This document shows, in pieces, positions 1 through 12,034 of a DNA stretch of 64,000 nt. Each line of letters opens with the position of its first letter. The first letter of the stretch is position 1. The notes under the pieces were generated by a model. That model made no database searches. It saw only the letters and a program-made list of their open reading frames with translations, and was not told where the DNA came from. The stretch comes from Candidatus Doudnabacteria bacterium (lineage in GTDB: Bacteria; Patescibacteriota; Doudnabacteria; UBA920; VMFF01), in contig JAQBQP010000002.1 in NCBI GenBank assembly GCA_028286905.1, positions 383,430 to 447,429 of the forward strand, written 5' to 3'. The translations under genes were made by a program, and so were the position numbers.

Positions 1-830
1 AGGTTGTAATCATTTTTATTTTTGTACACTGCGGCTAGCGCTTTAAGGGTGTGATTAAAAACATTTCCTTCAGCATGATAATCGTTAGATTGCCCAATTT
101 TCCTTAAGTTATCCACTTCTGGAAAAAGCGCTTTTAAGATTTTTGTTTCGTTCAATAAAAGTATTCCGCTTAAAAAATTATCTGAAAGCAGTATTTTGTC
201 TAGTTCATTTTTTATACGCTGGCCCGATATTTTATTTATTTCTTTGAAGTGCTTTGAAATAAACTTTTGATCTTTAGCAACAATTTTAAAATCAAGCATT
301 GCCGCAAAGCGAATTGCACGAATCAATCTCAAAGGATCTTCTTTGATCCGTTCTTCGGCCTTGCCAACGAAACGCAAAGTTTTTGCCTTTAGATCCTTCA
401 GACCGCCGTGAAAATCCAGAACTTCGTCTGCTCCCGGGTTCCAATATAACGCATTAACCGTGAAGTCTCGCCGATTACTATCTTCCTTTGCTGTTTTTGC
501 ATAGATAACTTTATCGGGATGCCGGCTATCGCTGTAGCCGCTTTCTGCTCTGAAAGTCGTTATCTCAATATTGTCTTCAGCGGTTATCACACCAATCGTG
601 CCAAATTTTTCTCCAATCGTATAGATTTTGTATTTTTTTGCAACAACTTCTTTGATCTGCAGAGGTGTCGCATTAGTGGCTAAATCAATATCGGAGCTTA
701 CTTGTTGCAGCAACATGTCTCGAACAGCGCCACCAACCCAATAACAAACAAAACCTCGGCTTTGAAATTCAAGACAAATTTCATTTGCGAGGTTTTGGTA
801 AGCACTAAATTTATTTTTATGCTTAAGCAT
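1..830 (-). CDS. cca: CCA-adding tRNA nucleotidyltransferase (5' part; gene continues beyond window start)
   Basis: Reverse translation from the ATG at 828-830 gives MLKHKNKFSAYQNLANEICLEFQSRGFVCYWVGGAVRDMLLQQ...DIDLAT, with the GGxVRD and DxD nucleotidyltransferase motifs. It is absent from the ORF track because its stop lies outside the window. Confidence 0.7.
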   Translation of the reverse strand, partial: MLKHKNKFSAYQNLANEICLEFQSRGFVCYWVGGAVRDMLLQQVSSDIDLATNATPLQIKEVVAKKYKIYTIGEKFGTIGVITAEDNIEITTFRAESGYSDSRHPDKVIYAKTAKEDSNRRDFTVNALYWNPGADEVLDFHGGLKDLKAKTLRFVGKAEERIKEDPLRLIRAIRFAAMLDFKIVAKDQKFISKHFKEINKISGQRIKNELDKILLSDNFLSGILLLNETKILKALFPEVDNLRKIGQSNDYHAEGNVFNHTLKALAAVYKNKNDYN

Positions 831-841
831 TTTTATCAATA

Positions 842-1291
842 TTATTCTTTTTCGTTCAAACGAACTGGCGTGTGTCGAGCATTTTTTCTGACTCCTACTC
901 TAGTGCGAACCAGGTTCTTTTGAAAAACAGATGAAAAATTTGCATACTCCGGAGAGTTTTTGGCTTTAACACTTTTCATGTCTTCGGCTGCTTGTGCTTT
1001 TGCTTGTTCTGCCCGCTCCAGATCAATTTCATCTGAATGCTCGGCGGTATCCGCTAAAATAATAATTTCATTCCCCGGACGTACTTCTATAAAACCGCCG
1101 GACACTGCGAGGTATTCCGTTTTGCCGGCATTCTTTACAATTAGCTCCCCTGCTTGCAACGTTGAAATTAAAGGAACATGGTTTGGCAAAATTGTAATCT
1201 GGCCTTCTTGAGTTGGCACCGTTAAAGAATCCACATCGTCATGCAGAACAGTTCTTTCCGGACTAACTATTTGAAATTTAAGTTTTGCCAT
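842..1291 (-). CDS. atpC: F1Fo ATP synthase epsilon subunit
   Basis: 149 aa last gene of the atp operon; N-terminus MAKLKFQIVSPE...PTQEGQITILPNHVPL is typical of epsilon. Confidence 0.88.
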   Translation of the reverse strand: MAKLKFQIVSPERTVLHDDVDSLTVPTQEGQITILPNHVPLISTLQAGELIVKNAGKTEYLAVSGGFIEVRPGNEIIILADTAEHSDEIDLERAEQAKAQAAEDMKSVKAKNSPEYANFSSVFQKNLVRTRVGVRKNARHTPVRLNEKE

Positions 1292-1300
1292 AAAAAAATA

Positions 1301-3626
<2,326 letters not shown>

Positions 3627-3672
3627 AAATTTGTCTTTGTCCGAGGTCTGATCTCGTTAGCAGTTCGATGTT

Positions 3673-5175
3673 TTAATTGTTCTTATACCCTTGTTTAAAT
3701 TCAGCGACTGCGCGTTTCAAAACTTCTTCAGTATTATCGGTCCAATTGCCGGCGCCAATTTCTTCCAACAAGTATTTAGCTTGCGTATCGATAAACTGGT
3801 GGAATTTAGTTTCAAAATCTTTAACTTTTTCTACAGGAATGTCATTTAAGTGGCCGTTTGTTACTGCATAAATAATCGCGACCTGGTGTGCTACGGACAT
3901 TGGCTGATACTGCCCTTGCTTCAATACTTCAGAAGTTCTAGAACCTAAGTCCAAAGCTTGTTTGGTAGCGTCATCTAAATCGGAACCAAATTGCGCGAAA
4001 GCTGCTAATTCACGATATTGCGCCATGGTTAATCGGAGTTTGCCAGCAACTTTTTTCATTGCTTTAGTTTGTGCGGAAGACCCGACACGGGAAACGGAAA
4101 TACCAACGTTTAACGCCGGACGAGTTCCTTGATAGAACAAATCTGTTTCAAGGTAAATCTGTCCGTCAGTAATAGAAATAACATTTGTCGGAATGTAAGC
4201 AGATACATCGCCAGCCTGAGTTTCAATAATTGGCAAAGCAGTGATAGAACCACCGCCATTTTCTTTATTTAACTTTGCTGCTCTTTCTAACAAACGGGAG
4301 TGTAGATAGAAAACATCTCCTGGATATGCTTCACGGCCCGGTGGGCGGCGCAGCAACAAGGAAATTTGTCTGTAAGCAACCGCGTGCTTTGAAAGGTCAT
4401 CGTAAACAATTAAAACGTCTTTGCCTTGATCCATAAAGTATTCTGCCATAGCAACGCCAGCGTACGGCGCAATAAAGGACATTGCAGCTGGCTCAGAAGC
4501 TCCAGCAACTACTACGATAGTATTTTCCATCGCGCCACGTTCTTCTAAGTCCGCTACCATCTTTGCAATCTTTGATTCTTTTTGAGTAATCGCAACATAA
4601 ATAGAAATAACGTTCTGGCCTTTTTGGTTTACAATCGCATCCAACGCAATTGCGGTTTTGCCGGTTTGTCTATCACCGATAATTAATTGGCGCTGACCAC
4701 GTCCGATCGGAATCATTGAGTCGATCGCTTTTAATCCGGTTTGCAAAGGCTGGTTAACTGACTGTCTAGTAATAACTCCGGGTGCTACCTTTTCAATTGG
4801 GTAAAAACCATTGTTTTTAATTTCACCTTTACCATCTTTTGGTTCACCCAAAGCAGAAACTACGCGACCAATCATGCCTTCGCCGACTGGTACTGAAAGA
4901 ATCTTGCCAGTTGCGCGGACAACGCTGCCCTGTTGAACTTTGCTGCTTTCTCCAAAAAGAATCGCACCAATACTATTTTCTTCAAGGTTTAAGGCCACAC
5001 CCATAATTCCGCCTTCGAACTCCAACATTTCTGATGCCGCAACTTGAGACAAACCAGAAACGCGCGCGATACCATCGCCGACTTCTAAAACTGTTCCAAC
5101 TTTTTCAACTTTTACATCGTTGCTAAAGCTTGAAATCTTATCTTTTAAATTCTGAATAATTTGTTCGTTTTTCAT
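3673..5175 (-). CDS. atpA: F1Fo ATP synthase alpha subunit
   Basis: 500 aa with Walker A GDRQTGKT and the conserved alpha-subunit core. Confidence 0.97.
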   Translation of the reverse strand: MKNEQIIQNLKDKISSFSNDVKVEKVGTVLEVGDGIARVSGLSQVAASEMLEFEGGIMGVALNLEENSIGAILFGESSKVQQGSVVRATGKILSVPVGEGMIGRVVSALGEPKDGKGEIKNNGFYPIEKVAPGVITRQSVNQPLQTGLKAIDSMIPIGRGQRQLIIGDRQTGKTAIALDAIVNQKGQNVISIYVAITQKESKIAKMVADLEERGAMENTIVVVAGASEPAAMSFIAPYAGVAMAEYFMDQGKDVLIVYDDLSKHAVAYRQISLLLRRPPGREAYPGDVFYLHSRLLERAAKLNKENGGGSITALPIIETQAGDVSAYIPTNVISITDGQIYLETDLFYQGTRPALNVGISVSRVGSSAQTKAMKKVAGKLRLTMAQYRELAAFAQFGSDLDDATKQALDLGSRTSEVLKQGQYQPMSVAHQVAIIYAVTNGHLNDIPVEKVKDFETKFHQFIDTQAKYLLEEIGAGNWTDNTEEVLKRAVAEFKQGYKNN

Positions 5176-5247
5176 ATGTTTATACCAAGGCCAGACCTTC
5201 TCTAATTAATATTGAGGAAGGTCAGACCTTCCGATGCTCTACAATTC

Positions 5248-5634
5248 TTAATCCTTTGCTATTAAATCTCTTAAGTTTTCTAAGCTATTCCGTACTGAAG
5301 CGTCTATAAGTGTGTCATCGACTCTGACCACTACCCCGCCGATTATATTCTGATCGATCTTTTCTTTAACCTCGGTTTTATCGCCGACAATTTTATTTAG
5401 ATCTTTAATCAATTCTTTAGTATTTAAATGATGCGCGCTAGTAACTTCCACTTCCTTAATACCATGCGCTTTCGAATCAAGCTTCTGATACTCTTCGGCA
5501 ACTTGATCAAACATCCCAAGGTCACCGCGCTGCGCCATTATCTTTGCCATATTATCCAGTACTTTATCTTGATCTTCGGGGCGCACCTCATGGATCGCTT
5601 CGTATAAAGCCTGGGCGTATTGCTGTGCTTTCAT
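5248..5634 (-). CDS. atpH: F1Fo ATP synthase delta (OSCP) subunit, short form
   Basis: 128 aa located between atpF and atpA with a delta-like C-terminal domain. Confidence 0.75.
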   Translation of the reverse strand: MKAQQYAQALYEAIHEVRPEDQDKVLDNMAKIMAQRGDLGMFDQVAEEYQKLDSKAHGIKEVEVTSAHHLNTKELIKDLNKIVGDKTEVKEKIDQNIIGGVVVRVDDTLIDASVRNSLENLRDLIAKD

Positions 5635-5635
5635 A

Positions 5636-6136
5636 TTAGATATCCTTAAGGCTTTCTTTAATTAGCTGCTCGTCTCTTTTGGGATCAAGTTTTTCTCTTA
5701 AAATCTTTTCAGTCGCGGATACAATTAAGTTCGCAGCCTCTGTTCGAATGTCAGCCATTGCACGGCTTTTTTCGCCTTCGATTTCTTTCTTTGCTTGTTC
5801 TAACATCTTATCCGAGCTTACTTTTGCCTCAGCTAAAATCTGCTGTTTTACCAATTCGGCATTTTTTTGGGCTTGAGCGATTGCGGTATTTGCTTCTGCT
5901 CGTACTTTTTCCATTTCTGCTTGACGATATTTTTCAGCCTCTTTAAGCTTCTGTTCCACTTCTTCTGAATGCTTAATTGATAGTTCGATTTTACTGGTTC
6001 GCTCTTCTAGCTTTTTACCCAAAGGCTTGAAAACCCAGCGCCATAATACAAACAAAACAATAACAAAGTTAAACAACTGTGCTAAGAACAGCTTCCAATC
6101 TAAACCTAATAATGCTGTAACTGATTGATTTTCCAT
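5636..6136 (-). CDS. atpF: F1Fo ATP synthase subunit b
   Basis: 166 aa with an N-terminal transmembrane helix followed by a long charged coiled coil, at the expected operon position. Confidence 0.85.
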   Translation of the reverse strand: MENQSVTALLGLDWKLFLAQLFNFVIVLFVLWRWVFKPLGKKLEERTSKIELSIKHSEEVEQKLKEAEKYRQAEMEKVRAEANTAIAQAQKNAELVKQQILAEAKVSSDKMLEQAKKEIEGEKSRAMADIRTEAANLIVSATEKILREKLDPKRDEQLIKESLKDI

Positions 6137-6201
6137 AGTTCTCTATTAAATATATTCAAGCTCCAGGGCACGAGTGCCCAAGAGTCTGAACACATTCCCA
6201 A

Positions 6202-6450
<249 letters not shown>

Positions 6451-6521
6451 TTATTTGGTTTTATAGTTGGTGAGCTAATTCTTAGACTCATTAGATGAGT
6501 GTAAGATCTAGACCATCAAAA

Positions 6522-7361
6522 CTAATTATGTGCCGGTTCTAGATCGTGCCCATGTTTCTTCTTATCATTGTGACCATGGTCTGGCAATGGCATTGTTGCC
6601 ACAGAAATATAAACCAAGACCAACAATGAGAACACTGTGGCTTGAATTAAACCTACTAATAATTCCAAAGCAATAAACGGCAATGGCACAGCGTATGCAA
6701 TAATGCTGCCCAAAACTGTTAACAATACTTCGCCGGCAAAAACGTTACCAAATAATCGCAATGATAAAGAAAATAGCTTAGCTATTTCAGAAACAATTTC
6801 GATTAAACCGACGCCGAATTCTATAAAAGCTGTGAAAACAATCATAAAGTTCTTGCTTTTGAATGATTTTACGATATCACCAGCTTTAATAAACTTGTTG
6901 AAATATCTCCAAAAGCCAATCGTGCCTATCCCAATAACATGCGAGGCGATAACGCCAAATACTGCCATCGCAAGAGTTAAGTTCAAGTCAGTGTTTGCGC
7001 CTCGAAACAAAGGAATAAACTCTGCGCCGCGATGAATTCCGACCGAGCCAACCCCTGGCAGCAAGCCAATCCAGTTAGAAACAACAATAAATAAGAACAG
7101 CGTTCCAATTAAAGGCAAAAACTTTAAAGACTTTTTACGGTCGCCGGTAACCTGATCAAAATATGTAAGTAAAGTTTCAATAATAAATTCAAAAAAATTC
7201 TGAATCCCTGTCGGCACTTCTTTAATACTACGCTTTACAAAAAAAGCTAGGATTACAAAGAGAATTACAGTCAATGTTGAATTAATGTAAGTGTTTGTAA
7301 CACTGAAAGTTCCGATATTAAAAATGGATTCAGCCGCTAACGGCGGTAGTGCGTATAACAT
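6522..7361 (-). CDS. atpB: F1Fo ATP synthase subunit a
   Basis: 279 aa polytopic membrane protein carrying the conserved Arg helix (LSLRLFGN...). Confidence 0.9.
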   Translation of the reverse strand: MLYALPPLAAESIFNIGTFSVTNTYINSTLTVILFVILAFFVKRSIKEVPTGIQNFFEFIIETLLTYFDQVTGDRKKSLKFLPLIGTLFLFIVVSNWIGLLPGVGSVGIHRGAEFIPLFRGANTDLNLTLAMAVFGVIASHVIGIGTIGFWRYFNKFIKAGDIVKSFKSKNFMIVFTAFIEFGVGLIEIVSEIAKLFSLSLRLFGNVFAGEVLLTVLGSIIAYAVPLPFIALELLVGLIQATVFSLLVLVYISVATMPLPDHGHNDKKKHGHDLEPAHN

Positions 7362-7669
7362 TATTTGATTTCTTTCGGTTCGTTCTGAGTTTCTTTTTTT
7401 AACTGCGCTGCTTCGCGAAGCTTGTCAGCTAACGCTGCAAACCTTCTATATATTACAACACTAGTTAAAAGCACTGCGGCAATAATGCCAATAAATAGAA
7501 AGTAATTTGTATGCTCTTTCTGATCCAACCACTTTCCGCCTAACGCAAAGGCCACAATTGGCAAAGCGATAATAAAACCTAATTCGAAAGCAACACTAAG
7601 CACTTGCGCACTTTCTTTAGTGTAGCTTTTGTTGGGTTTTTGTTGGAGGTTTGGTATATTTTCAGACAT
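7361..7669 (-). CDS. AtpI/AtpZ-like small membrane protein at the head of the atp operon
   Basis: 102 aa with two transmembrane helices, immediately upstream of atpB in the same orientation. Confidence 0.55.
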   Translation of the reverse strand: MSENIPNLQQKPNKSYTKESAQVLSVAFELGFIIALPIVAFALGGKWLDQKEHTNYFLFIGIIAAVLLTSVVIYRRFAALADKLREAAQLKKETQNEPKEIK

Positions 7670-7813
7670 AAAGTAGCTTTTTTGAACAGAAATATTATAA
7701 AGGAAATAAGGGCTTTCTGCAAGCTTGGCTTTTTTAACTAGCCAAAAAATTATCTTATTGCTACTATGTTACCGATCATGAAGCACAGTCGCTTCCCGTC
7801 CAACGGAGGACCA

Positions 7814-8182
7814 ATGACAGAAGTGAAACTGCAAGACATCAATCTGAAGGCTTTTACGGGCGGCCAGTTCATTCGGACGTTCCACGGCCAGTTGCAAGGT
7901 AACATTCGTGAAATCGAGCTGATCAAACCCAAACGCGAGGGCGGACCGTTCCAGATCGATATCGAGTATGATTGGATCTTCGCACACGGTGATGGTACTC
8001 GGCGAGTCCAGCACCAACCCGGGCTGATCAGCGCGCTCTTGAGCCAGAACACGACCGTAACGCACGAAGTTGACCAGTCGGTTCGCATTCCGATGGTCGG
8101 CAACGGCGAACTGCTGTTGCTGCCGATCGAACACATCCGCGAGATTGACCCCAGTAACCAGCCGAACAGATCAGCTGCTTGA
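7814..8182 (+). CDS. Hypothetical protein in an anomalously GC-rich patch
   Basis: The 7766-8182 ORF has an internal Met at 7814 (MTEVKLQDINLKAF...). Local GC is about 56% against about 38% in the flanks, and an intrinsic terminator follows. Several overlapping ORFs on both strands are expected from GC-rich DNA, so the choice of strand is uncertain. Confidence 0.35.
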   Translation: MTEVKLQDINLKAFTGGQFIRTFHGQLQGNIREIELIKPKREGGPFQIDIEYDWIFAHGDGTRRVQHQPGLISALLSQNTTVTHEVDQSVRIPMVGNGELLLLPIEHIREIDPSNQPNRSAA

Positions 8183-8206
8183 AGTATTCATTCTGTAATG
8201 ACGAAA

Positions 8207-8240
8207 AGAGCGTTCCGACCAAAATCGGAACGCTCTTTCT
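8207..8240. terminator. Intrinsic (bidirectional) terminator hairpin
   Basis: AGAGCGTTCCGACC-AAAA-TCGGAACGCTCT followed by TTCT. Confidence 0.6.
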
Positions 8241-8271
8241 CTTTAACACTACTAATTTGCATATTTATATA

Positions 8272-8347
8272 TGGAGCCGGCTGCCGGACTTGAACCGGCC
8301 ACCTGCGGTTTACGATACCGCTGCTCTACCAGATGAGCTAAGCCGGC
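8272..8347 (-). tRNA. tRNA-Thr (anticodon CGU)
   Basis: The reverse complement folds as a cloverleaf: acceptor GCCGGCT/AGCCGGC, T-arm GCCGG-TTCAAGT-CCGGC, anticodon loop AT-CGT-AA, 3' CCA encoded. Confidence 0.85.
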
Positions 8348-8351
8348 GAAT

Positions 8352-9413
8352 TTACTTATACATCGTTTCGGAAACACCCAGTTTTGCCAAAATTGCAGCT
8401 TGATCTTTTGAATCCGTTACAATTTGTGGCTGCGAGTAATCATAAATCATTACGGGAGTAAACTCAATTTTTTCTAAACCTTCTTTATTGAATGTTGTTT
8501 TTGTAATAACGCTTTGTCTTGTTTCTAATGAGAACATTTGATCAAAAACAAAATTACCTAAACTGTATAAAATATATTTACCGTGATACTTTTCAACGGT
8601 CTGTAAAACATGCGGGTGATGCCCTAAAACCATTTCAGCGCCAGCATCGATTGCAGCATGATCAAAATCAATCTGATGTTGGTCCGGAGTTTTATATTCG
8701 ATTCCGGAGTGCAAGGAAACAATTACAATGTCAGCGTTTTGTTTAGCAGCTTTGACAGCAGTCTGCATTTTCGGAATATCTAACCGATTTGTACCAGGTT
8801 TATTTACCGTAGCAAAATAATTATCAGGAACGACATCAGGATCATTGTAACCAAGGAAAGCAAATTTTATTCCATTTTTTTCGATGTATACAGGCGCAGA
8901 AGCTTCAGCGCTATCTTTCCCGGCTCCGACATAATTAATGCCGGCCATTTTTAATAAACTGACGGTGTCGAGCATTCCTTTATTACCAAAGTTCATAGTG
9001 TGATTATTTGCCAACGAAACAATGTTAAACCCAGCATGCTGTAAACCAAGTTCATCTCCAGGATTCGCATGGAAGATCATTGAACCGGTAGGCACTGGCG
9101 GGCCAGCAGTTATAGGGCACTCTAAGTTCGCAAAGACTATATCTGCTTGGAGGTAAGGCTTAACTTTTTCAAAAGGGTAATCTACTCCATTTTCTTTTAT
9201 TTTTACTCCAACGTTTCGAGCAAGCATTATATCCCCCACTGCAACCAAAGTCGCTTCAGGTGGTGCTGGCGGTTTATTAATAGAAGGATTAGAAGCTTTT
9301 TCAAATGGCACCGGGTTCTGTGCTAAAAAGTCTGAGGTTCGATATATTGAAAACAGTGCGAAGCCAAGCACTACGAAAAAGAAAATTAAAATTGGAGCTA
9401 TAATTTTTTTCAT
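8352..9413 (-). CDS. CapA/PgsA-family poly-gamma-glutamate synthesis-type metallophosphatase, signal-anchored
   Basis: 353 aa with an N-terminal transmembrane helix and the CapA-family (PGA_cap) motifs GDIMLAR, NLEC and GHHPHV. Confidence 0.8.
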   Translation of the reverse strand: MKKIIAPILIFFFVVLGFALFSIYRTSDFLAQNPVPFEKASNPSINKPPAPPEATLVAVGDIMLARNVGVKIKENGVDYPFEKVKPYLQADIVFANLECPITAGPPVPTGSMIFHANPGDELGLQHAGFNIVSLANNHTMNFGNKGMLDTVSLLKMAGINYVGAGKDSAEASAPVYIEKNGIKFAFLGYNDPDVVPDNYFATVNKPGTNRLDIPKMQTAVKAAKQNADIVIVSLHSGIEYKTPDQHQIDFDHAAIDAGAEMVLGHHPHVLQTVEKYHGKYILYSLGNFVFDQMFSLETRQSVITKTTFNKEGLEKIEFTPVMIYDYSQPQIVTDSKDQAAILAKLGVSETMYK

Positions 9414-9952
9414 TTTTCAAATACAGTTGGTTGGATAAAACGCGCTAAAGCACAAATTACGCCATCACGATAAGCGTCGGTGCGGGTAATATGGCCATTC
9501 GTAATTAAGCCAAAGAAGCCGCTAGCTTGTTTAGAGTTGTGAGTTTCAAAAACCTTATCAACGACATCTCCAAGCTCCATTCCTTCTAAAATCATTTGTT
9601 CAATCACTTTTGGTAATTCTATTTTCAAAGTTGAACCAATTCCTTGATTCATAAATTTATCTAGAACGACTATCCAGCCGCATTCGTAATACCGATCATC
9701 AACAAATTGCGAGCCGCCCTCCAAGCCAACATAGTAGTCGGCTTCACCTAGTTTCATCAAAGCTTTAGCGCGGTTTCGAGCCCCAAGCACTGCTTCATCA
9801 TCGCTCATTGGTTGCGCAGCAACTCCAGATGCAACATCAAAACCTTCAAAAGAAAATTCTTTTTCGTTTTTAATTTCCGGCCAAACCCTTTCAAAAGCCA
9901 GCCGAGTGGCTTCAATTTTAACGGGATTTTTTGAACCAATAAGTACTCTCAT
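9410..9952 (-). CDS. Inosine/xanthosine triphosphatase (YjjX family non-canonical NTP phosphatase)
   Basis: 180 aa; MRVLIGSKNPVKIEA...GARNRA...GLEGG matches the YjjX/Ham1-like pattern. Confidence 0.75.
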   Translation of the reverse strand: MRVLIGSKNPVKIEATRLAFERVWPEIKNEKEFSFEGFDVASGVAAQPMSDDEAVLGARNRAKALMKLGEADYYVGLEGGSQFVDDRYYECGWIVVLDKFMNQGIGSTLKIELPKVIEQMILEGMELGDVVDKVFETHNSKQASGFFGLITNGHITRTDAYRDGVICALARFIQPTVFEK

Positions 9953-9957
9953 AAAAT

Positions 9958-10031
9958 TGGAGCGGGTAGCGGGAATCGAACCCGCGTCTCAGCCTTGGGA
10001 AGGCCGCATTCTGCCACTGAACAATACCCGC
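9958..10031 (-). tRNA. tRNA-Gly (anticodon CCC)
   Basis: The reverse complement GCGGGTATTGTTCAGTGGCAGAATGCGGCCTTCCCAAGGCTGAGACGCGGGTTCGATTCCCGCTACCCGCTCCA forms a cloverleaf with anticodon loop TT-CCC-AA. Confidence 0.85.
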
Positions 10032-10043
10032 GTTGAGCTATTT

Positions 10044-10907
10044 CTAATGTTTCAGTTTTAAAACACTATAAAGAATTTTTTCTTTCTCAAACCACTTCGG
10101 ATAATCTGTAGTTTTTATAAAGACTTGTCGGACATGATAACGAGCTGAGTTGGCAGGGCCTTTTGAATCTTTATCCAAAACCTCTACAATATGAATTCCA
10201 AAGCGTGAAATAATAACATGCGGATTGTGATCTTGAATAGACTCAAGTTGATTAAAAATTTCCGGTACCAAATCGGTATTGGAAACATAGCCCAAATCAC
10301 CACCAATTTTTGCACTTAAAGCATCGTCACTATACTGGCTAGCGACAACATCAAAAGAATCCCCAGCGGCTAGTTGTTTTTTAGCCTGATCTAATGTTTT
10401 ATATTGAGCCGCATTAAGCTTTTGATTTGAAGCCAGCCAAATTTGAAGCTTAATCTTAAGCAAATCCGGTAGAATAATTTGCTTTTTAAAATCAGATTCG
10501 CTAACAGCATAATCGGCACCGAGCAATTGCTTGCCAGTTGCTTGCTTAAGCAATGTGTAGCTTTGCTCAATATCGGTGCTGGTGACTGAAAGATTTTTTG
10601 CCTTAGCACTTAGCTCTACTATTTTGTTATTAACCAACTGATCTAAAAGTGTACCATTTTGAAAATCCTGCACACCTGAAATTTTAGTTGCAATATCAAT
10701 GCGATTATAATAATTTCCCAATAACACAGCATCAGCATTAACAAAAGCAACAGGCAATGGTAAAAAGCTCAAGACTTTTTTGCCGAAAACATATTTAACC
10801 GGTAAAAGATATGCTTGAATTACAAACAAAACAACCAAAGCTAAAATTGTGTAGGCTGTCCTGCCAATCCATTTGCGATGCGCTTTTTTTTCTTTTGTAT
10901 TTGCCAT
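10044..10907 (-). CDS. Parvulin-type peptidyl-prolyl isomerase (PrsA/SurA-like foldase), membrane-anchored
   Basis: 287 aa with an N-terminal transmembrane helix and a C-terminal parvulin domain (GGDLGYV...FGIHIVEV). Confidence 0.8.
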   Translation of the reverse strand: MANTKEKKAHRKWIGRTAYTILALVVLFVIQAYLLPVKYVFGKKVLSFLPLPVAFVNADAVLLGNYYNRIDIATKISGVQDFQNGTLLDQLVNNKIVELSAKAKNLSVTSTDIEQSYTLLKQATGKQLLGADYAVSESDFKKQIILPDLLKIKLQIWLASNQKLNAAQYKTLDQAKKQLAAGDSFDVVASQYSDDALSAKIGGDLGYVSNTDLVPEIFNQLESIQDHNPHVIISRFGIHIVEVLDKDSKGPANSARYHVRQVFIKTTDYPKWFEKEKILYSVLKLKH

Positions 10908-10915
10908 AAAAATAA

Positions 10916-11320
10916 TTAATTAGAGCCAAAAAAATAATTCCACCATTTTGAAGGATTCGATTCATTTTTAACCTTTTCTGCCTGCGCAATTTGGGCTGGA
11001 GTTGGCGCTTGTGCAGCAGTACTCGAAAAGGAATAAACGGTCTCCCCTGCTTTGCGCATGCTTAGCTGCTCGCGCGCAGTCTTTTCTTTGTAAGAATCTG
11101 TTTTCAAATATGCAATCATGTTTTGCAAGTCTTGATTATTTTTTTGAGTTTGATCGGCTTGCTTCGAAAGGTCATTAATTTCTTTCTGAATTTCGCGCTT
11201 GCTTTGATATTGGCGGAATTGCACAATTAGCAAAAACAAAATGAAACCGGAGCCAAAAATAATAAACCATTTGTTTGTAACAAGTTTTTGTAAGTTAGAC
11301 ACTGCGTTTTTTCTTAACAA
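10916..11320 (-). CDS. Septum formation initiator (FtsB/DivIC family)
   Basis: 134 aa with a transmembrane helix and a coiled coil, plus the AREQLSMRKAGE motif typical of FtsB/DivIC. Confidence 0.7.
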   Translation of the reverse strand: MLRKNAVSNLQKLVTNKWFIIFGSGFILFLLIVQFRQYQSKREIQKEINDLSKQADQTQKNNQDLQNMIAYLKTDSYKEKTAREQLSMRKAGETVYSFSSTAAQAPTPAQIAQAEKVKNESNPSKWWNYFFGSN

Positions 11321-11894
11321 TTATTTTTGGTTCGATGTTTGGCGCGTAAGGAATGTGAGCGTCAGCTCGAGCAATTTCTGGTTTGGTGTAGGTAATTTTT
11401 TGATCACCGCCGTATTCCAAATGCATTTTCCAAATGAAATCTTTTACCCAAGAAGGATTCGGCACATCTTTTAAAATCAAGGGGTGATCTAATCCAACAA
11501 TTTGAACTAAAACATCGCCATAACGAAATAAAGTTGAAAATAATCCTGTAGTTCTAAAGCTGACGTTTAAAATACGGTCAAGCGGCGTCTCACTAACCAT
11601 TTTTTTAAACAAACCTGTGTGGGCAATATGCAATAACCGCTTAGATGTAACCATATAAACATTGATCGACCATACTAAGAAGACGTGTGCAGCAAAAAAA
11701 GCAACCAGTATTGTCCAAGCCAAAAACAATTGGGTGTGTAAGTGGCTAGAAAAAACAAATTGATATTTCAAGCCAAAAAACCAAGGAATAAAAACTAAGA
11801 TAAAAATCTGAAAAACCTTTGGCACAAGCGTTAGTTCGTGCTTTCGGTAAACCTGAAGCAGGTTTTCATCGTCATGAATTTGATGAGTAAACAT
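11295..11894 (-). CDS. Hypothetical membrane protein
   Basis: 199 aa with several transmembrane helices; no motif I recognise. Confidence 0.55.
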   Translation of the reverse strand: MFTHQIHDDENLLQVYRKHELTLVPKVFQIFILVFIPWFFGLKYQFVFSSHLHTQLFLAWTILVAFFAAHVFLVWSINVYMVTSKRLLHIAHTGLFKKMVSETPLDRILNVSFRTTGLFSTLFRYGDVLVQIVGLDHPLILKDVPNPSWVKDFIWKMHLEYGGDQKITYTKPEIARADAHIPYAPNIEPKIIVKKKRSV

Positions 11895-12034
11895 CTTTAT
11901 ATTTGGAAACCAGGCAAAACTAGGGCTAAAATCATCGCAATTGCGACAAGGCTAACCATAACTGCCATAATTTTGTTTAAAGTTTTTCTGTTGCGAATCA
12001 TGCTTTTATTATAACATAACTGGTTTGCAAGGTT

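Noticed and set aside
702-1211. ORF-track + strand ORFs 702-923 and 960-1211
   Set aside because: They lie antisense within cca and atpC, which are well supported on the minus strand.
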